DNA of 64,000 nt from an uncultured Trueperaceae bacterium (lineage in GTDB: Bacteria; Deinococcota; Deinococci; Deinococcales; Trueperaceae): assembly GCA_963815215.1 (NCBI GenBank), contig CAWFFU010000003.1, forward strand, positions 1,088,001 through 1,152,000, given 5' to 3'. Position numbers and translations under genes: made by a program. Shown one piece after another: positions 59,671 through 64,000 of this stretch (positions are counted from its first letter, which is position 1; each line of letters opens with the position of its first letter). The notes beneath the pieces are model-generated. The model was given only the letters and a program-made list of their open reading frames with translations, did not search any database and was not told the origin of the DNA.

Positions 59671-60572
59671 CGCACACGGAACAGCGGACGGTACACGCCG
59701 ACGGCGATCGCCAGCCCAACAGCCGCGAACAGACCGAAGGCCACCACGTTCCCGATCGCCGCCTCGGGGTCTCCGGTCACTTGCATCACGATCGCCATGC
59801 CGGCGACGGCAGAGCCGAGGCAGGCGATCCAGCTCACGACGGCGACCATCGCCTTGTGCGCCCAGCCCCGCTCCTGAAGCAGCCCGACGGCGACCGCCAC
59901 GAGCACCGGGACGACCACGCCCAGGTCCATGAACTTCACCAGCCAGAACACCGCAGGGTCCGCCAGACTCGCGGTCCCCGGCGGCTGCGCCCCGAACGAA
60001 GCGATGAGTCCGGGCAGATGCAGACCGATGGCCAGGAACGCGGCGATCACCAGCACGAAGCCCGCCACGAAGCGCGTGAAGCGGTGCGAGAGGGGCGGCA
60101 GCCGTGCGCCGTCGAGGCCCGTCCAGGCGCGCACCAGGAGCGCCCCGGCGAGCACGAACAAGGCGAGGAACAGCAGGAAGAAGCGCTCACTGTTGCCCGG
60201 GTAGCGCACGAAGTCCCCGCCCAGAGCGAGTTGGACTTCCGTGTACAGGACGTAAGCGGACGGCCCGAGCGCCAGCACCGGCCCCGCCGGGTTCCGCCGC
60301 AGCACCAGCACACCCGCGACGATCGCCGCCGGGGCCACGAGCAGCAGTCCTGCAACATCGCCGCCCAGGATCTGATTCACCGCCCCCTCCGACGCGTGAT
60401 AACGGATCGCACCCAGTCCCAGCGGTCCCAGCAGCGTCACCATTGCCGTGCCCAGTCCCAGGACGATCGCGCCGACCCCGAACGCGGATCCGCCGCCGCT
60501 GTCCGCTCTCGGGCGCCCACCCCCGCGGCCCCTCGCATCCGTCCGGTCTGTGTCCGTCCTCGTCGTCTCCAT
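59667..60572 (-). CDS. Hypothetical integral membrane protein
   Basis: About 8 hydrophobic segments. Start position uncertain. Confidence 0.7.
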   Translation of the reverse strand: METTRTDTDRTDARGRGGGRPRADSGGGSAFGVGAIVLGLGTAMVTLLGPLGLGAIRYHASEGAVNQILGGDVAGLLLVAPAAIVAGVLVLRRNPAGPVLALGPSAYVLYTEVQLALGGDFVRYPGNSERFFLLFLALFVLAGALLVRAWTGLDGARLPPLSHRFTRFVAGFVLVIAAFLAIGLHLPGLIASFGAQPPGTASLADPAVFWLVKFMDLGVVVPVLVAVAVGLLQERGWAHKAMVAVVSWIACLGSAVAGMAIVMQVTGDPEAAIGNVVAFGLFAAVGLAIAVGVYRPLFRVR

Positions 60573-60751
60573 CGGTACGTCCCACCTTCCAGTGGCTTCG
60601 CTGGCAGTGTGGGGGTGCACGCGAACCGTCCCAAGGGCCGAACGTCCCGCGCCCCTGTTGGACGTGCCGCTACCGCTCACCGCCAACGACGTCCTCACCG
60701 GACGTGACGTGCTCGCGGCCTGGTTGCGGAACCTGGAGCCCTAGGCCGGCG

Positions 60752-61699
60752 TCACGTGGCCGCTGCCGACGCGCGCCCCGCGAGTGCGGCGAAGGCGTCC
60801 CGCAGCGCCTGGGGGCCGTGCACGCGCAACGGGCACCCGAGGCCGAGCAGCATCGCCGCGAACGGCTCGAGCTCGTCGCGCGTGCACCGGAGCAGCGTGC
60901 CTCCGTCGGCGGCCTCCAGCGACACCCTCCAGGGCTCCAGCCGCCGGACAGCGGCCTCGGGCGAGAGACCGAGCCATACCTCGACGTCGTGCGGCTCCTT
61001 CACGAACGGCAGCGACGCGACGAGGAACTGGCGCGCGTCGAACGCGGCGGGGCGCTCGAATGCGCCGTCGGCCTCGACCACGTCCGTCACGCGATCCAGT
61101 CGAAACGTGCGCAGGGCGCGGCGCATCTGGCAGTGGCCCACCAGGTACCAGCGACCGTCCAGATGCACCAGGCCGTACGGCTCCACCGACCGTTCGCTCG
61201 CCACCCCGTCGTGCGTCGTGTAGCGGAACCTCACCGTGCGCCTAGCGCGGATGGACGCGGCGACCGTGAGCACCGTCGCGGGGTCGATGGCCACCGTCCA
61301 CCGGCCCGCCTCGAGCGTCACCGCCTCTTCGACGTCCCCGACGCGCTCCCGCACCGCATCCGGCAGCACGCGCGTCAGCTTCGCCGACGCCCCCTCCGCC
61401 GCCGGGGCGAACGCTTCCAGACCGACATGCCGGAGGGCCCGCAGCCCGAGCGCTAGCGCGAACGCCTCCTCGTCGGTGAACATCAGGGGCGGGAGCCGGA
61501 AACCGGGGCGCAGCCGGTAGGCTCCACCCACCCCGGGCGTGCCCTCCACCGGGATCCCGAGGTCCTGGAGCCGCGCCACATAGCGCTGGACCGTGCGGCG
61601 GCTCACCTCCATCCTCCGGGCGAGCTCGGGTCCCGTGACACGCTCGCGCGCCTGCAGGATCTCCAGCACCGTCAACACCCGCATCACCGGGTCGTACAT
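60752..61699 (-). CDS. YafY-family HTH-WYL-WCX transcriptional regulator
   Basis: ELARRMEVSRRTVQRY HTH, LPPLMFT, VEPYGLV...RWYLVG, RTFRLDRV. TATCCT lies 6 nt before the ATG. Confidence 0.93.
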   Translation of the reverse strand: MYDPVMRVLTVLEILQARERVTGPELARRMEVSRRTVQRYVARLQDLGIPVEGTPGVGGAYRLRPGFRLPPLMFTDEEAFALALGLRALRHVGLEAFAPAAEGASAKLTRVLPDAVRERVGDVEEAVTLEAGRWTVAIDPATVLTVAASIRARRTVRFRYTTHDGVASERSVEPYGLVHLDGRWYLVGHCQMRRALRTFRLDRVTDVVEADGAFERPAAFDARQFLVASLPFVKEPHDVEVWLGLSPEAAVRRLEPWRVSLEAADGGTLLRCTRDELEPFAAMLLGLGCPLRVHGPQALRDAFAALAGRASAAAT

Positions 61700-61735
61700 G
61701 CCGCGAGGATAGCGGATCTCCGCGCGCCGGAATCG

Positions 61736-61768
61736 GCGTCATGTCCTGTCGCTGATCCGCGCTAGGGT
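61736..61768 (+). promoter_or_regulatory. Putative WYL-activated promoter/operator
   Basis: Imperfect palindrome GCGTCA-N5-TGTCGC; TGTCGC-N10-TAGGGT. Confidence 0.6.
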
Positions 61769-61835
61769 GCTCGTAGCGGACTCGGCCGCCGGAACCGGCC
61801 CGGCGCGACCGTCTCCCCCCACGAGGAGCCCGACC

Positions 61836-62351
61836 ATGACGAACCTCTCTCCCACCGCCCTCACCACCGACATGCTGCTCGAGCACTGGCAGGGCCACCG
61901 CCGCCTGACCCGGCGCGTCCTCCAGGCCTTCCCCGAAGACGAGCTGTTCACCTTCAGCGCCGGAGGTATGCGCACCTTCGGTGCGCTCGCCACCGAGATG
62001 CTGCAGATGATCGCGCCGACCATGAAGGGTGTGCTCGAGGACGACTGGACGTCCGGCGGCTACGGCGACCCCGGACCCGACACCAAGGACGACCTTCTCG
62101 ACGCCTGGGACGCCGCCGACCGCGTCCTCGCCGAGAGCTGGCCGAAGATCCCGGCCGAACGCTTCGGCGAGACCGCCAACGCCTTCGGGTTGTGGACGGC
62201 GCCCGTCGTCACCACGCTGATGTACCTCATCGACAACGAGGTCCATCACCGCGGCCAGGGCTACGTCTACCTCCGCATGCTCGGCATCGACCCGCCCCTG
62301 TTCTACCAGCGCAGCCCGGCCCTCGCCGAGCCCGATGACGAAGGGGCGTGA
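61836..62351 (+). CDS. DinB/YfiT superfamily protein (not DNA polymerase IV)
   Basis: HWQGHRRLTRR, GGMRTFG, DNEVHHRGQGYVYLR. GAGGAG RBS. Confidence 0.9.
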   Translation: MTNLSPTALTTDMLLEHWQGHRRLTRRVLQAFPEDELFTFSAGGMRTFGALATEMLQMIAPTMKGVLEDDWTSGGYGDPGPDTKDDLLDAWDAADRVLAESWPKIPAERFGETANAFGLWTAPVVTTLMYLIDNEVHHRGQGYVYLRMLGIDPPLFYQRSPALAEPDDEGA

Positions 62352-63409
62352 CCGACTCCGAGAGCATCGCCGCCTGGCGCCTCGCCTCCCAGCTGCTCGA
62401 GCCCCGCGCGCCCCTCGACCCGGCGGCCGTGGTCGCGCGCCTGTGCGGCGTCCAGGCCCAGGATCCGCGTAAGGCTCCCTGGGCCGTCGGCGTGCGCGCG
62501 CCCGGGGTCACGCTCGAGCGGGTCGACGAAGCGCTGCGCGACGGGCGGGTGATACGCACCTGGATGTTCCGGGGCACCCTCCACTACGTGGCGGCCGAAG
62601 ACCTCGCCTGGCTCCGCGAGCTGCTGGCCCCGGGTGTGGTGGCCAGGGCGGCGAGGCGATACCGCGAGCTAGAGCTCGACGAGGCCACGTTCGACCGCAG
62701 CCGCGGGATCCTACAGACCGTGCTCGATGGGAAGGGCGCCGTCGGCCGGGCGGAGCTCGCCCGCCGGCTCGAGGACCACGGTATCGACACCGCCGGGCAA
62801 CGGCTCCCCCACCTGCTGCAACGTGCAGCGCTCGACGGCGTGCTGGTGTGCGGGCCGTCGCGCGCGCCGGGCGCGGACTACAAAGCGGCGCCCCCCACCC
62901 CCGCGGAGCTCGTTCAGGGGTCCGAGGCGCTCGCACGGCTGGCGCGGCGCTACCTCGAAGGACACGCCCCCGCGACCGTCCACGACTTCGCGTGGTGGTC
63001 CGGGCTCTCCGTGCGAGACGCGCGCCGCGCGCTGCAGGGCTCCGGGGGCGAGGAGCTGCGCTTCGGTCCACGTACCCTCTGGACGATCGGCTCCGCTCCG
63101 GAACCGCCACCTCGGGGCGGCGTCCGGTTGCTCCCACCCTTCGACGAGTATCTCGTCGGCTACGAGGATCGGACGGCCGCTCTCGCCCCCGAGCACGCCA
63201 GGCGCGTGAACGCCGGCGGCGGCATGCTGGCGCCCACCGTGATCGTCGGCGGAGCTGTGATCGGCACCTGGCGCTACGACGCGGCCGCCGGCGCCGCCAC
63301 GGTAGACCCCTTCCGTGCGCTGAGCGTCGACGAGCGCGACGGGATCGACGTTGCAGCGGCCGAGGTCGCCGCGTTCCACCAAGCGGCGCGGGGCGCGCGA
63401 CCGGTGTGA
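62348..63409 (+). CDS. HTH_42 winged-helix DNA glycosylase (AlkZ/YcaQ family)
   Basis: GVQAQD (QxQ), RTWMFRGTLH, DFAWWSGL, LLPPFDEYLVGY. Confidence 0.85.
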   Translation: MTDSESIAAWRLASQLLEPRAPLDPAAVVARLCGVQAQDPRKAPWAVGVRAPGVTLERVDEALRDGRVIRTWMFRGTLHYVAAEDLAWLRELLAPGVVARAARRYRELELDEATFDRSRGILQTVLDGKGAVGRAELARRLEDHGIDTAGQRLPHLLQRAALDGVLVCGPSRAPGADYKAAPPTPAELVQGSEALARLARRYLEGHAPATVHDFAWWSGLSVRDARRALQGSGGEELRFGPRTLWTIGSAPEPPPRGGVRLLPPFDEYLVGYEDRTAALAPEHARRVNAGGGMLAPTVIVGGAVIGTWRYDAAAGAATVDPFRALSVDERDGIDVAAAEVAAFHQAARGARPV

Positions 63410-63432
63410 GCGCGACCGGTGCGAGCGCGACC
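63395..63432 (+). repeat. 15-bp tandem repeat x2.5 spanning the stop codon
   Basis: GCGCGACCGGTGTGA GCGCGACCGGTGCGA GCGCGACC. Confidence 0.75.
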
Positions 63433-63508
63433 CCTGCCGGCGCCGCCAACGCCACCGTGGCCCGGTCGTCAGGGATCTCTGTCGGGAGCGGGCCCCGCCG
63501 CTCAGGGG

Positions 63509-63537
63509 TTGACGCCGGGGCCTCATGGTCCTATATT
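63509..63537 (+). promoter_or_regulatory. Sigma70 promoter for a leaderless MarR gene
   Basis: TTGACG-N17-TATATT, 7 nt before GTG 63545. Confidence 0.75.
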
Positions 63538-63544
63538 TAACGTC

Positions 63545-64000
63545 GTGCGAACTATCAACGCGGCACAAACGAATGACACCGAGGCGAAGGACCGCCTGAT
63601 CGCGGAAGTCGTCGACGCCTTCACGGCCATGCGCGAGCGTGGCATGCGCGGCCTCCACCGGATCCGCCGCGACGTCGCCAGCATGGGGCACCTCCAGGTG
63701 CTGGTGCGCTTGCAGGCCGACGGTCCCCTCCCCGCCGGTGCCGTGGCACGCTCGTTGGGCATGTCCGCCGCCAGCGCCACGGGCATGCTCCGGCGGATGG
63801 CCGAACGCGGCCTGGTGCGGCGCGTCCGCGACGAGAAGGACCGGCGTGTGGTGCGCATCGAGCTGGCGCCCGCCGGCACGTCTCTCCTGGAGAAGCTGAG
63901 CCGCAGCCGTTCCGGCCTCCACCGGAGCCTGGCGCGTCTCGACGAGGACGAACTGAGGCAGCTCCGCAACGGCCTCAACGCGCTCAATCGGGCCACGCAT
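63545..64000 (+). CDS. MarR family transcriptional regulator (3' partial; absent from the ORF track)
   Basis: VARSLGMSAASATGMLRRMAERGLVRRVRDEKDRRVVRIEL; the frame stays open to the window end. Confidence 0.9.
   Translation, partial: MRTINAAQTNDTEAKDRLIAEVVDAFTAMRERGMRGLHRIRRDVASMGHLQVLVRLQADGPLPAGAVARSLGMSAASATGMLRRMAERGLVRRVRDEKDRRVVRIELAPAGTSLLEKLSRSRSGLHRSLARLDEDELRQLRNGLNALNRATH

Noticed and set aside
61836..62351. 'DinB' as DNA polymerase IV
   Set aside because: It is only 171 aa with a His-containing four-helix DinB/YfiT signature and no Y-family polymerase motifs.
53905..63432. Short tandem repeats as CRISPR-like arrays
   Set aside because: Units are 12-15 bp, directly adjacent, have no spacers, and there are no cas genes.

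Overview
A GC-rich bacterial chromosomal window with about 50 genes. I found no rRNA, tRNA, CRISPR array, transposase or integrase. Many genes are apparently leaderless (TANNNT 6-7 nt before the start codon). Together with the gene content, this suggests Deinococcota, possibly Trueperaceae-like (inference). Content: Mhq-type dioxygenase and hydrolase, four ABC systems with no ATPase gene, MFS/CDF/NRAMP/TMEM175 transporters, fhs, gltA, lutABC, a class A PBP, a B12/radical SAM enzyme, a Cys-free heme A synthase-like protein, a BNR propeller + MoaD pair, a very large M14 peptidase, a doubly frameshifted PAS-GAF-HD-GYP gene, and a WYL regulator facing dinB + an AlkZ-like glycosylase. The most notable locus is 13139-18072. 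It holds an 823-aa degenerate-STAND/helical-repeat/wHTH-BTAD activator, a 63-aa small protein and a divergently encoded 47-aa secreted peptide, followed by an EAL protein and a kinase. The two divergent promoters share a mirror-image SARP-like architecture: TGAAGCGG-type direct repeats at 11-bp period, 9 nt before a TANNNT -10. This is a candidate undescribed peptide-signalling (quorum-sensing-like) circuit. All family calls come from motif recognition by eye; no database searches were run.
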